Shown here: positions 62,711-64,000 of the stretch, one piece after another | Numbering within the stretch: position 1 is the stretch's first letter | How the letters are laid out: each line of letters opens with the position of its first letter | Assembly: GCA_038087875.1 (NCBI GenBank) | Contig: JAXLNO010000064.1 | Location: 1 to 64,000, forward strand | Direction: 5' to 3' | DNA from: Malacoraja senta | Lineage: Eukaryota | DNA: 64,000 nt | The notes under the pieces: generated by a model | What the model was told of the DNA's origin: nothing | The model's database searches: none | Seen by the model: the letters and a program-made list of their open reading frames with translations, nothing else | Made by a program: the position numbers and the translations under genes

Positions 62711-62853
62711 TAGGTGACGTTTCGGGTCGAGACCCTTCTTCAGGATATAGGTGATGTTTCAGATCGAGACCCTTCTTCAGGATATCAGTGACGTTTCGGA
62801 TCGAGATCCTTCTTCAGCTATAGGTAATGTTTCGGGTCGAGACCCTTCGTCAG
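62711..62853 (-). repeat. Four tandem ~37-bp units, each a hammerhead-core module
   Basis: Units start at 62711, 62748, 62785 and 62821; the minus-strand consensus is CTGAAGAAGGGTCTCGACCCGAAACGTCACCTA. Confidence 0.85.
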
Positions 62854-64000
62854 CCTGATATTTTTGCTAGAATTGTTTTATAACACTTCTTCAGAAAATT
62901 TCTGTCCATCAGACTTTATATTTTCTTTGGACATTCTCAATCTCAATTAAAATGGAAACGGTGGAATGAAGGGAAGACCCAATTGATAAATATCCTTGAG
63001 ATTTTTACAATCTTATTGGAGCTGTCTCTCTCTGCTTAAGACCTACTCCAGTAAACAGAATATTGATAAGAACTGCTTGTCAGTGAATCATTAGGATGTC
63101 ACAGACATCCCTTCAATACTTTAAGTTGCTCTTTATTTGGCTTTGCAAGCACATTGATATAGGCAACATAATATTTTTATTACTCAAAAAGCTGGAGTAA
63201 CTCAGCTGGAGGATCAGGCAGCATCTCTGGAGAGAAGGAATGAGTGATGTTTCGGGTCGAGACCCTTCTTCAGACACGAAATGTCACTCATTCCTTCTCT
63301 TCAGAGATGCTGCCTGTTACTCCAGTTACTCCAGCTTTTTGTGTCTATCTTTGGTTTAAACCAGCATCTGCAGCTTCTTCCTACATATTTTTATGACATC
63401 TCTTTTTCACAGAGAATGTTGGATTCTCAGCAGGTCAGGAAGAGAAGCAGAGCTAACATTTCAGGACGACAACCCTTCATCAGCACTGATAAAGAGTCTT
63501 CTACCTGATACATGGACTCTGTTTCTGGTAAGTATGAATACTCTGCTGAGTATTTGCAGGATTTGCTGTTTTTATTTCAGATGTCCAACATTCGCACTTT
63601 TTTAACATTTTCTATTTTCACATGTGGCCCCAATTTAGCTGATTTTACATTTGTCATTGAGTCAGTCAGTAGTGGACAGCACAGATACAGGCCCTTCAGC
63701 CCACCGAGGCCATGCCGACTCTCAACCACCCATTTGCACCAATCTTTTTTGCATCAATTTGCATTAACAATTCTCCCCATATTATTATTAACTTAATCCA
63801 GATTATACCACTCACAAACACACTCTGGGCAATTTGCAGTAATCAACAGCATTTGTACCCCTCAGGTCTTTGGGATGTGAGAAGAAGCTGGCTCCACTGT
63901 GAAGTCCAATGGTAATATAATTAAGTGCAGGAAAGAACTGCAGATGCTGGTTTAAACTGAAGATAGGCACAAAAAGCTGATGTAACTCAGTGGGTCCAAA

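Noticed and set aside
62711..62853. CRISPR-like repeat with a palindromic core
   Set aside because: Units abut with only 3-4 variable bases, there are no unique spacers or cas genes, and the repeat is Penelope pLTR sequence.

Overview
This is repeat-dense, non-genic (intergenic or intronic) vertebrate DNA. The repeat complement (HE1/V-SINE-like tRNA SINEs, CR1/HER1-like LINEs, Penelope fragments) points to a cartilaginous fish, probably a skate or ray; that is an inference. No host protein-coding gene, RNA gene or CRISPR array can be supported, and every recognisable long ORF is transposon-derived. Contents: a 5'-truncated, nonsense-disrupted CR1-clade LINE (33173-36427), many CR1 3' fragments, Rex1/Babar RT fragments, Penelope GIY-YIG fragments, an internally deleted DIRS element, several hAT- and Harbinger-like MITEs, more than 20 SINE copies, a 705-bp tandem duplication, a long (CA)n tract and two 200-N gaps. 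The most interesting signals are RNA-structural. (1) Penelope terminal repeats carry minimal hammerhead ribozyme cores, including a four-copy 37-bp tandem array with a compensatory helix II change. (2) A 304-bp bipartite RTE derivative with a 12-bp TSD retains a highly structured leader. (3) A GC-rich non-autonomous retroelement family has a conserved 13-bp hairpin and apparently swapped LINE 3' tails. All family assignments come from motif recall, not database searches.
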